Part shown: piece after piece, positions 1-10,098 of the stretch | How the letters are laid out: every line of letters begins with the position of its first letter | How positions within the stretch are numbered: the stretch's first letter is position 1 | From: Candidatus Saccharimonadota bacterium | Lineage (GTDB): Bacteria; Patescibacteriota; Gracilibacteria; BD1-5; UBA6164 | Assembly: GCA_963677765.1 (NCBI GenBank) | Contig: OY782392.1 | Span: 270,001-302,000 of the forward strand | DNA length: 32,000 bases | Direction of reading: 5' to 3' | Position numbers and translations under genes: made by a program | Notes under the pieces: generated by a model | What the model was told of the DNA's origin: nothing | Seen by the model: the letters and a program-made list of their open reading frames with translations, nothing else | Database searches by the model: none

Positions 1-580
1 CAACATATAAGTAAAATCTAGCTCAAGCAACATAATTATCTCTAGAAACTTGTTCTGATTTTGGTAATATAATTTGATTACCTTGATAATCAAATATAAC
101 TTTTGAACCTTCTACTAATTCAATTTTTACATTTATAACATCACCTTGTTTTCATTCAAACAACTCATATATTTTTTCTTTTTCACTATCACCAATTTTT
201 TGAATAATAACTTGTCTAGCAGCTTGTGATGCGATTCTACCAAAACTTTCTGCTGAATCACTGTTTTGAATTTCTTCAGTAACATCTAATTCTACAGTAT
301 CTCATTCTTCAAAACCTTCTGCATCATCTCATAATTCTTCAAAACTAATTTCCAAAGCAGGATTAGTTACTTCTTTAACAAGAGTTTTTTCTAAAGTTAT
401 TTCTAAAGATTCATTTTCTAAATCAATTTTTACATTAACTTCTTCATCTCTGTTACCATAATCTTTTTTATATGCTGTTTTTATTGCAGCTTCTATTATT
501 TCTATAAGTTTTTCTTGAGCTATATTTTTTTCTTTTGATATAAGATTTACAGCTTGTTTAATTTGTTTTATATCTAACAT
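1..580 (-). CDS. nusA: Transcription termination/antitermination factor NusA, N-terminal part (gene runs off the window start)
   Basis: ATG at 580-578. N-terminus is MLDIKQIKQAVNLISKEKNIAQEKLIEIIEAAIKTAYKK. Reading TGA (331-329 and later) as Gly keeps the frame open to position 1. This yields GRIASQAARQVIIQKIGDSEKEKIYELFEGKQGDVINVKI, the NusA N-domain/S1 junction. Confidence 0.9.
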
Positions 581-716
581 AATTAATTTTAATTAATATA
601 TAATTTTAAAACAAAACGAGAACTTGCCTATGCAAATCCCCGCCTTTGGTTGTCTTAATTACAAATATTATTATATTGTTTTATTTTTTTTTGCAATAGA
701 TATTTTACAAAAAAGT

Positions 717-745
717 AAAAGCAGAATTTATAAATTCTGCTTTTT
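717..745. terminator. Bidirectional intrinsic terminator (A-tract, GCAGAATT/AATTCTGC hairpin, T-tract)
   Basis: aaaa-gcagaatttataaattctgc-ttttt. The stop of mini-gene A (746-744) abuts the T-tract. Confidence 0.7.
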
Positions 746-920
746 AGCTAACGACAGGTTGTCCTGCAACTGGTTTTTTACCAAAGTCTTTAACAAAAGT
801 TTCAACTGACATATCACAAGTAGATTCACCACCATGTGCATCTGATTTTGCAACAACAACTCTACCGAAAGAAACACTTTTTACTTTATACCCATAATAT
901 GGTTTATTTGCTTTGAGCAT
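744..920 (-). CDS. Mini-gene A: uncharacterised 58-aa protein, SD-led and TGA-free
   Basis: ATG 920-918 and TAA 746-744. Product: MLKANKPYYGYKVKSVSFGRVVVAKSDAHGGESTCDMSVETFVKDFGKKPVAGQPVVS. AAGGAG lies 5 nt upstream, with a consensus promoter and its own terminator. All 6 Gly are GGN. Below the size cut-off of the ORF track. Confidence 0.65.
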   Translation of the reverse strand: MLKANKPYYGYKVKSVSFGRVVVAKSDAHGGESTCDMSVETFVKDFGKKPVAGQPVVS

Positions 921-925
921 AAAAA

Positions 926-931
926 CTCCTT
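926..931 (-). promoter_or_regulatory. Shine-Dalgarno AAGGAG for mini-gene A
   Basis: Plus-strand ctcctt equals AAGGAG on the minus strand, with a 5-nt spacer to ATG 920-918. Confidence 0.6.
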
Positions 932-941
932 TTATTTTTTT

Positions 942-957
942 TGTACAATAATGTACA
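942..957. promoter_or_regulatory. Operator-like element TGTACA-N4-TGTACA in the leader of mini-gene A
   Basis: tgtacaataatgtaca: two palindromic hexamers 4 bp apart. It starts 5 nt downstream of the -10 box, overlapping the expected transcription start. Confidence 0.4.
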
Positions 958-962
958 CATAT

Positions 963-991
963 ATTATAAATAATTTTTATTTTTAAGTCAA
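963..991 (-). promoter_or_regulatory. Sigma70-type promoter of mini-gene A
   Basis: On the minus strand: TTGACT (991-986), 17-nt spacer, TATAAT (968-963). Confidence 0.6.
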
Positions 992-993
992 AT

Positions 994-1020
994 AAAAAGA
1001 AGCTTTAAAAGCCTCTTTTT
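994..1020 (-). terminator. Candidate terminator downstream of ftsZ
   Basis: Minus-strand AGAGGC-uuuuaaa-GCUUCU (one mismatch) followed by UUUUU, just after the ftsZ stop. Confidence 0.45.
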
Positions 1021-1026
1021 ATAAAA

Positions 1027-2214
1027 TTACATTTTTTTTCTTAAAAAACTTGGAACATCTAAATCATCTTCTGGTTTAGGAGTAGCTGGAGTTTGAGGAG
1101 CAGAAGGTGTAACTCTAGAATCAGTTACAGGTTTTCTACCAAATGGATTTGTTTTTAATGGTCTACTAGATTCTCAAGCATATTGATTATTTGATTCTTC
1201 ATCAAATCAAGTTGCTACTACAGTAATTTTTAATTCACCATTATATTCTTCATTGATAGTTGCACCAAATATAATATTAGCATCAGAATCAACAGTTTCA
1301 GTAATAATTTTAGCAGCTTCATCAACTTCAAACATTGATAAATCAGTACCTCAAGTAATATTAAATAACAATCATTTAGCTCAAGCTATAGAAAGTTCTA
1401 ATAATGGAGAGTCTATAGCTGATCTAGCAGCTTCAGTAGCTCTATTTTCACCACTACCATAACCTATACCCATTAATGCAGAACCAGCATTTTGCATAAC
1501 AGAAGTAACATCAGCGAAGTCAACATTAATTAAACCTGGTTGAGTAATTAAGTCAGAAACACCTTGTACTCATTGATTTAAAATTTCATCTACTATTGAG
1601 AATGCATCTAATAATGGAGTTTTTTTATCAATAATTGATAAAATTTTATCATTAGGAATTGTTATAAGAGTATCAACTTTTTCTTTTAAATTAGTAAATC
1701 AATCTAAAGATTTACTCATTCTATTTTGTCATTCAAAACTAAATGGTTTTGTAACTATTCATACAGTTAAAGCTCATAATTCTTTTGCAACTTCAGCAAC
1801 AACTGGAGCAGCTCAAGTACCAGTACCTCAACCTAAACCACAAGTAATAAAAATCATATCTGCTCCTTCTAGAGTAGATTTAATTTCTTCTCTTGATTCT
1901 TCTGCAGCTTTTTTACCAATTTCTGGATTAGCTCAAGCTCATAATCAATTTGTTATAATTTTTCAGATATTTAATTTAGTTGGAGCTAAAGAATTATATA
2001 AAGCTTGAGTATCAGTATTAATAGAAACAAATTCTACTCATTCTAAACCTCATTCTATCATTCTATTAACAGCATTTTGCCCAGCTCAACCTACTCATAC
2101 AACTTTTATTTTTGCAACTGGTGATATTGTATTGTTTAATTTAATTTCTTGAGGACCTGTATCTTGGTTACCTCATAAAAGATTTTTTAATTTATCTTCT
2201 CTTCTAGTAGTCAT
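1027..2214 (-). CDS. ftsZ: Cell division GTPase FtsZ
   Basis: 396 codons are open with TGA=Gly. Tubulin signature [37 protein letters not shown], with two of its Gly encoded by TGA (rc of 1828-1830 and 1813-1815). Also NVDFADV and the C-terminal tail [16 protein letters not shown] at 1029-1027. Confidence 0.97.
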
Positions 2215-2243
2215 AATATTTTTTTATTTGTTAGATATAAAAT

Positions 2244-3479
2244 TTAAGGTAGTAATTTTTTGAATAATTTTTTTAGAGATTCTATAAATCAAGCAATATT
2301 TATAGAAAACATTGGTCAGTTATTTCAATACATATTTGAAAATATCATTGTTCAAATAACTGCAGAGAAAACTGGATCTGATATTGAAGCATCAACTAAG
2401 TCATCTTGTGATACAGGTAATCCTATAAAAACAGGTAATCTTAATCATTTTTTAGCTGACTCTACAAATCATTTCATTTTTGAAGCTCATCATACACATA
2501 CAGCTCATTCTGGAAGCATACCATCTTTTCAGATTTTTTTAAGTTCTTCCCTAACAAAATGAAATATCTCTTCATATCTAGCAGTAACTATTTTTGATAA
2601 ATATTCTCTAGAAACTACTCATTCTTCTCACATATTTAATTCTGAAAGATCAAATTCACTATCTGTAAATCAATCTCTATTTTCTAAATCAAGTTCAGCA
2701 TATTCAAGTTTGATTTTTTCTGCAACTCAAGTAGATGTTCTCAATCATAATGCTATATCATTTGTAACATTATCTCATCAAATAGGAATTATAGTTGAAA
2801 AATGTAATACTCAATTTTCATAAACTGTTATTCATGTAGTAGATGCTCAAATATCTATACAAACAACTCCTAACTCTTTTTGTCTTTTAGTTAAAACTCA
2901 TTCAGGACTTGATAATAGATTTGGATAGATATCATATATTTCAATACCTATATCACTAACTGCCTTTTTAATATTTGTTAAAACATTTAGATTCATAGAA
3001 AAAATATTAGCAACAACTTCTAATTTTCTAGCAGTCATTCATACAGGATTTTTAATTCATTCTTCTAAATCAACAACAAAGTTTTCAGGAACTACTTTTA
3101 GTATTTCTTTATTTGGCATATCAACTCAGCTTTTTGCTTTATCTAAGGCTCTTTCTATATCTTCTTCTGAAACTTCTGAACCTGAAATAGATATAATACC
3201 TTTACTTCTTATAACCTCAAAACTTGAAGAGTTAAATGAAACATAAGCTCATGAAACATGTTCTCAAGCCATTTTTTCAGCTTCTTCTAGTGATGAATCT
3301 AGATTTTTTTTGAATTCTTCCATATCAAGTATATTTCATTTTCTCATTGCTGTAGAACTTGAAATACCAACACCTAATATATTAAAGTCGTCATTTCTTT
3401 CTTTATCAAAATATCATATAATAGTTCTAATTTTAGAACTTCATATATCTATTGTAGTTATCGTGTTAGATGATCACAT
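2244..3479 (-). CDS. ftsA: Cell division protein FtsA
   Basis: MGSSNTITTIDIGSSKIRTIIGYF (actin-fold phosphate-1), VCIDIGASTTGITVYENG, GGDNVTNDIALGL and GAVCVGGASKMKGF. 412 codons. Ends 29 nt upstream of ftsZ. Confidence 0.93.
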
Positions 3480-3767
3480 TATAAATTACATTAAAAAATA
3501 TATTGTTCAATTTTTTTATACAGATTTTTTGGCTTAAAACCAAGATTTATTTATTTATTACCTATGTTTAGGTCCTATAAATTATATTTAGCAATATATC
3601 TTTATCAAAACAAGTTAATTAATTAATGTTAAAAAGTAGTTTTTTAACTTATAAATTAGTAGAAATAGTGTTTATTGAAATTAATTTAGTCTTTTTTTGC
3701 TTTTTATAAAAATATATATTATCATTATATTAGTTTTTAAAATAATTTATTATACAATTAATAAAAT

Positions 3768-4967
3768 ATGAAGTCATTTTATACAATATTTCAGGCAGTT
3801 CTATTTTTGATTCTGATAAGTAATTCAGTGGCTTTTTTCTTGTTCCCAAAAATTATAAAAAATGTATCTGATATTAACCAATTAGTTATATTTATACTTA
3901 TATCAGTTATATACTTTTTAGTTATAATGATGTTAATAAATAGATACTTCCACAATCCCATAAAACAATTAGAATTAACTATAAAAAAATTTTTAGTCTG
4001 AAATCTAAAAGAAAGCAAAATAACATTTGAAAAATCAGATAACTCTCACATAAACTATATAACAAGTTTCTTCTCTAAGACACTAAATACTTTAAAAAAT
4101 ATTAAAGATGAATTCATACATGGTAAAGAAATAAAATGAGAAGTAGAATTAGGTAAAGAAATTCAATGAAAAATGCTAAAAAAGAAACTACCTGATGTTC
4201 CTAGCCTAGAAGTAGTAGCAAAATCAAAACCTGCATGAGAAATTGGTTGAGATAGTTTTGATATAATACAACAAGATGATAATTATTATATTTATGTTTG
4301 AGATGCTACATGACATGGTGTTTGAGCATGATTTATAATGATAATGGTAAATGCATTAGTTAGTTGATTTTCAAAAGTATACAAATCTTGATCATTGATA
4401 TTATCAAAAACAAATGAGATAATTAAACCTAGAGTAAAAGCAAATTTACTTATGAGTATGCTTTTAGTAAGATGGAATGAAAAAGAAAAAAGATTATTCA
4501 TGACTTGAGCATGACATGAATATTTGATGATTTACAAACACAAATTAGGAAAAACATTTAGAATAAAATCATGATGAGTAGCTATTTGAATGATTAGAGA
4601 TTCAAGCAAATTATTAAAAGATAAAGAAATAAGTTTTGAGCCAGGAGATATAGCTGTTTTATACTCTGATTGAATAACAGAAGCTATAAATAGACCTGCT
4701 AGAGATTGAACTGAACAAATATTTTGAGAAGATAGATTAGAAGAAACAATAAATAAGGCTCCTAATGTACCATGAAAAGAATACAAATCTGCTAGAAGTG
4801 TTTTCAACGAAATAACAAAAAGTTTATCAAAATTTATGTGATATAAACATATACAATTAGATGATGTTACTTTGGCTGTTATACAATATAAACCAGACTG
4901 ATATAATAAAGAACAAGATTTTAGTGATGAAATACCAAAAGATTTTATTACTGAATGGAATTGGTAA
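3768..4967 (+). CDS. Membrane-anchored PP2C-type (SpoIIE/RsbU family) serine phosphatase
   Basis: Two N-terminal hydrophobic segments. PP2C motifs: AGEIGGDSFDI, YIYVGDATGHGVGAGFIM, VLYSDGITEA and DDVTLAVIQY. 400 codons, ending EWNW-TAA (TGG used for Trp). Confidence 0.85.
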
Positions 4968-4997
4968 AAACTAGATTTTTAAAAATCTAGTTTTTTA
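4967..4997 (+). terminator. Intrinsic terminator after the phosphatase gene
   Basis: aaaaactagattttt/aaaaatctagtttttt palindrome with T-tract. Confidence 0.75.
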
Positions 4998-5018
4998 TTT
5001 AAATTATAATTTTAAAAG

Positions 5019-5060
5019 TGTAAAGTCAGTATTAAACATCTATCTTTACATTTTTTTTTT
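5019..5060 (+). terminator. Second hairpin plus T10 run (back-up terminator or 3' end of a short RNA)
   Basis: tgtaaag (5019-5025) pairs with ctttaca (5044-5050), followed by 10 T. The 18-nt loop makes it weaker. Confidence 0.35.
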
Positions 5061-5105
5061 AATAACTAAAATAAAACAAAATATTATATATTTACTTTTA
5101 TCATA

Positions 5106-6956
5106 GTGGACAAACAAGAAAAAATAATAAACCTTGTGAAACAAAGAATTACTTGAGATACTTACTGATATAACAAAATAAAAAAAGATGAAAAATCTAC
5201 TAAAAAAGTAGATGAATCTAAAGAGTTATTAGAGTCAGAAAAAGAATATAAAGCTGCCCTTGCTTATATAAAAGACATAATATCTCCTGCTTTTATGAAA
5301 GTTAGTCAAGATAGAGTTAAGATAAATAATACTATAGCAAAAACATTTTTCATATATGCTTACCCAAATTTTTTAGAATGAAACTGGCTATCTCCAATCA
5401 TAAATTGGGATATTAAGTTTGATATGAGTCTTTTTGTCTACCCTATTGAATCTGCTTTTGTTCAAAAGTATTTGAAAAAGAGATTAACTCAACTTTATTC
5501 TGAAAGAAGTATTAATGCTGAAAAAGGTTTATTAAATGACCCTGCAATTGAAGCTCAAATACAAGATGTAGAAGAACTTAGACAAAAATTAACTAGATGA
5601 ATAGAAAAGTATTTTCACCTATGACTATATATAACTATATATGGAGAAAGTGATGAACAAATAGATAAAGTCTGAAAAGATGTTGAAACAATATTAGCAG
5701 GTAGAAATGTACTACAAAAACAAGCATTTTTAAGAAGTGAACAATGATTTATTTCTACTGGTCCTTTTTGTAAAGATGAGTTATGAGTATACAGAAATAT
5801 TTCTACATGATGACTATCAACTACATTTCCATTTTCTTCAAGTACTCTAAGTCATGATGATTGAATTCTTTATTGAATAAATACTCACAATAATTCACTT
5901 ATTATATTTGATAGATTCAAAACTGAAAATGCAAATATGACAGTATTTGCTAAATCTGGTTGAGGTAAATCTTTTGCTGTAAAACTAGAAATACTTAGAA
6001 GTTTGATGTTTTGAACTGATGTAATTGTAATAGATCCTGAAAACGAATATAAAACACTTATAGAAAAAGTATGAGGTAGTTATTTAGATGTTTCACTAAA
6101 TTCAAATCAAAGAATTAATCCTTTTGACTTACCATTATGATTAAAAGACCAAGATGAAAAACCTTGAGATTTATTAAGAAGTGCTGTTATAAATCTTTTA
6201 TGACTTATGAATTTAATGCTTGGTAAAATGTCAGCTGAAGAAGCTTCTATAATGGAAAAAGCAATAATAACAACATATAGTTTAAAAGGAATAACTCTTG
6301 ATGATGATGATATTATTGGAAAAGATATTCCTACTATGAAAGATCTACAAGATGTTTTAGAAACAATGGATTGAGCATCAGGACTAGTAAAAAGAATGGA
6401 AAAATATACTATAGGTATATTTAGTTGAATTTTTTCTCAAAAAACAAATGTAGATTTATGAGAATGATTACAAGTATTCTCTGTTAGAGATCTTGATGAT
6501 ATGATGAGACCTATAGCCATGTATGTTATACTTAATCATATATGGAATAAAGTTAGATCTAGTAATAAAAAAAGATTATTAGTTGTAGATGAAGCTTGGA
6601 ATGTTATGCAACATGAAGATTCTGCTAAGTTCTTATTTTGATTAGTTAAAAGAGCTAGAAAATATAACTTATGAATTACAACTATTACTCAAGATGTTGA
6701 AGATTTCGTATGAAGTCCTTATGGTAAACCAATTATGACCAATTCTTCAGTACAATTATTATTAAAACAATCTAGTGCTTCTATTGATGTACTTCAAAAT
6801 ATATATAAATTAACAGAGCAAGAAAAATATATACTACTAAATGCAGCAGTATGACAATGATTATTTTTTGCCTGAACTGAACATGTATGAATACAGGTTG
6901 TAGCAAGTTATTATGAATCTCAAGTTATAGACACAAACCCAAATACAAAAAGATAG
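5106..6956 (+). CDS. VirB4/TraC-like (AAA-like, DUF87-type) secretion ATPase
   Basis: Walker A FAKSGGGKSFAVK (middle Gly is TGA 5961-5963), Walker B RLLVVDEAWNVM, then GITTITQDVEDF. The N-region LSPIINWDIKFDMSLFVYP is typical of CPR VirB4-like proteins. The frame opens at 5070. The first plausible start is GTG 5106, so the start is uncertain. TAG at 6954-6956. Confidence 0.8.
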
Positions 6957-6976
6957 ATTTTTTCTATCTTTTTTTG
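6947..6976 (+). terminator. Intrinsic terminator
   Basis: aaaa-agataga-ttttt-tctatct-ttttttt. Confidence 0.7.
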
Positions 6977-7033
6977 TTTTATAAAATTAGATATGTTAAG
7001 ATGAAAGTATATTATAAATATAACAAATAAAAA

Positions 7034-8275
7034 ATGTCTAAAACACTAGTCTTTTTTAAAAGACTTGAAGTACAGGTAGTAAGTGCATTAATTTTAGCAA
7101 TTATATTTTGAATTAATTTTCCTCAATTTGTTGAATATATATCATGGATGTGAGATGCATTTATGAAATTATTAAAATCAATGCTTTGACCTCTATTATT
7201 TTTATCAGTTACTGTTGCCGTTTTATGATTATGAGATTTCAAAAAATTATGAAACATATGAGCAAGAACATTTATATACTATATGGCTACAACTACAATA
7301 GCTATAACTGTATCTCTAATTTTGATGAACATATTCAAACCTTGAAAATGAGTAGAATTTTGATTTGAGGAATGATTTAATTCTGCATGAGTAGAAGCAC
7401 TAAGTTTTTGAGGTTTTATTCAATGAATTATTCCTGAAAATATAATTGAATCATTTGTAAACTTTAATGCTATGCAAATAGTAGTAATGTGAATAATATT
7501 ATGAATAGCTATTTTAGCAACTAAAAAAAGTAGCCAAATTGATGCAGTAGAAAAGGTCTTTAAATGAATAAATGATTGAATTTTAAAATTTATAGAATTT
7601 GTTATTAAACTTACTCCCCTTTGAGTTTTTGCTATAGTATCAGTTGTAGTAAAAGAAAACTGAGTTGAATCAATGATAAACTTAATGCCTTTTGTATTAG
7701 TTATATTAGCAGCATTATTTATACATGCTTTTATATCTTTACCTTTGTTATGACATTTTATAGGAAAATTTAATCCTTATAAATATTTATTACAAGTAAA
7801 AGAAGCAATATTAGTTTGATTTTCAACTGCATCAAGTAGTGCAACAATGTGATTGTCTATGAGTGTAGCAAAAAATAAAGCCGAATTAAGCGAAGAAGTA
7901 GTAAATTTTACATTTCCCATATGAACTACTGTAAATATGGATTGAACAGCATTATACCAAGCATGAGTAGCTATATTTGTAGCTCAAGTTTTATGAATTG
8001 ATATGAGTATAATGCAACAAATAACAATAACTGCTATAGTAATACTTGCTTCTGTTTGAGCTGCATGAATTCCTTGAGCATGAATATTAATATTAACAAC
8101 TGTATTTTTAAGTGTTTGACTTCCAGTTGAAGCAATTATGATAATACTAGCTGTTGATAGAGTTTTAGATATGTTTAGAACTGCTGTAAATGTATGGTGA
8201 GACTTATTAACTGCAAAAGTAGTAGATACATATTATAAATCACAAAAAACAATATTTGAAAAAGTAAAATTATAA
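7034..8275 (+). CDS. Dicarboxylate/amino acid:cation symporter (DAACS, GltP/DctA/SstT-like)
   Basis: FSTASSSATMG, NMDGTALYQ, SVGAAGIPGAGILIL and AVDRVLDMFRTAVNVWGD. 414 codons with many TGA=Gly. Confidence 0.9.
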
Positions 8276-8307
8276 AAAAAGATGAAATAAATTTCATCTT
8301 TTTATTT
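8274..8307. terminator. Bidirectional terminator shared by the convergent symporter and DUF1846 genes
   Basis: aaaaaaa-gatgaaa-taaa-tttcatc-tttttatttt. The DUF1846 stop (8304-8302) lies in the T-tract. Confidence 0.7.
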
Positions 8308-9354
8308 TAATCTAGATTTTAATTTATTACATCTTTCTAACCATATATTTGAACCATTTCATCTATCTATTATTTTTTTATACCAATTTATTCTTCTATC
8401 TATTTCCTCTATTGAAGCTTTTTTTACTATTTCTTCATCCAAAATACAAAATCAAGCAGTATTAATTCACATATCAGTTGGTGATTTATATTTATTAGTA
8501 AAATTTGTTTCTTCTAAAAATTCAACTGATAATTTTTTTACTATATCAAAAGCTTCAATATCTCTATTATAATTAACACTCAGCATTTTATATGCATCTT
8601 TATGATAACTATCTATAACATTATAATCTCATATATCAGCTGTTGCTGCTTCATAAGCCAAATTAACTGGATGATCAAGTGGCAAATTCCAAATTGGGAA
8701 AGTTTCATATTTAGCATATCAAGAATCTTTTCAATCAATAGTTTCTAGATATATTTGTCATAAACAAGTAGACATTTTTCAACTAGAACTTGCAGCTCAA
8801 GTTACTAATACTATATCTTTATTTACCGGTATATAATCATCTCTTCAATAACCCAAATCAGATAAAACATATTTAACATCATTTGGATATCATTTTATAT
8901 CAAATCTAAAATATGAATTATATCATTTTTGTTTTAATAATTTAGAAAAATCTTTTACATAAGATAAGTTATCATCATTAACCCTATTTATAGAAATATA
9001 TGAAATTATTCATAATTGATTCTTTATATCATCAATCATTGATAAACAATAATCATTATAACTTATATCATCACTTGATAATTGCCTATTTAATTTTAAA
9101 TCAATAGCATTTATACAAAAAATAACATCAGCTTTTTCTTTTATTTTTGAGAAAATTCTTTTTTTAGAATCTGGAAAAAATCATGGTAAGACTCTTGATG
9201 CATGTGGATCATATAAAAACTTTCAACCTATTTCTAAATATAGTCTATTTTCAAATTTTTCCATCCTATCCAAAATAGAATTTGATTGCATATCTATATA
9301 TTTATATCAATCAAATCATACTTTATCATAAGTAATTATATCATTTGTGCTCAT
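8302..9354 (-). CDS. DUF1846 (UPF0371) family protein, short form
   Basis: [83 protein letters not shown] and SPTDMGINTAGF match my memory of Firmicute UPF0371 proteins. 350 aa. Confidence 0.85.
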
Positions 9355-9421
9355 TAAATTATTAATTATTTTATATTCATTTATATTTTAACATAAATAA
9401 AAATAATTGTATAAATTAAAC

Positions 9422-9449
9422 TTGATTTATTTAATATTTTTTATATAAT
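9422..9449 (+). promoter_or_regulatory. Candidate promoter for rplK
   Basis: TTGATT (9422-9427), 16-nt spacer, TATAAT (9444-9449). This implies a 5' leader of about 145 nt. Confidence 0.45.
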
Positions 9450-9600
9450 TTGCGAGCTTCTAGAAAATAATATTACTTTTATTATAATAATTAGATTAAG
9501 TTTTTCCCGAAAGCTAAACAAAATCAATTATTAATTAAATAATAAAACATATTATTTATATAAAACAAAATAAAATATTTAAATATTAATCAAAGATATT

Positions 9601-10065
9601 ATGGCATGAGCTATTAAAGGATATATTAAATTACAAATCAATTGAGGACAAGCTAATCCAGCTCCTCCAGTTGGTCCTGCATTAGGTCAATACGGAGTAC
9701 CTATCCAAGAATTTACAACTAAATTCAACGACCAAACTAAAGATAGAATGGGTGTTAAATTACCAGTAGTTATTACTGTTTATGAAGATAGAACATTTGA
9801 TTTTATCGTAAAACAACCACCAATGTCTACTTTAATAAAAAGTAAATTAAACTTAAAATCAGGTTCAAGTGTACCACAAAAAGATAAAGTTGGTAACTTA
9901 ACTTTAGAACAAGTTAAAGAAATAGCTGAAGAAAAAATGCCAGACTTAAATGCAATTGACTTAGCAGGTGCTATGATGATTGTTAGAGGTACAGCTAGAG
10001 CTACTTGAGTTACTACTGATATTGATGGTATGACTAAAGAAGATGTTGCTGCTAAATTAGCATAA
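9601..10065 (+). CDS. rplK: 50S ribosomal protein L11
   Basis: [57 protein letters not shown] and GTARATGV (the last Gly is TGA; E. coli has Gly there). 154 aa. Confidence 0.97.
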
Positions 10066-10069
10066 TTCA

Positions 10070-10098
10070 AAAAAACTAGGATAATTCCTAGTTTTTTA
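10070..10098. terminator. Bidirectional terminator shared by rplK and the convergent ATP-grasp gene
   Basis: aaaaaa-ctagga-taat-tcctag-tttttt. The TAG stop of the ATP-grasp gene (10090-10088) is inside the right arm. Confidence 0.75.

Noticed and set aside
624-809. 61-aa plus-strand ORF.
   Set aside because: It runs through the nusA leader, a terminator hairpin and the antisense of mini-gene A. It has no start context and no plausible product.
2260-3537. Plus-strand ORFs 2260-2562 and 3310-3537.
   Set aside because: Both are antisense to ftsA, which reads through on the minus strand for 412 codons with actin-fold motifs.
9450-9600. A possible ribosomal-protein leader or riboswitch upstream of rplK.
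   Set aside because: I could find only a short 5-6 bp potential pairing (AGCTTC with GAAAGCT). It has no resemblance to a known L1-binding mimic, which is insufficient to call an RNA element.
9780-10070. 96-aa minus-strand ORF overlapping rplK.
   Set aside because: It is a mirror-frame artefact of the highly conserved L11 coding sequence.
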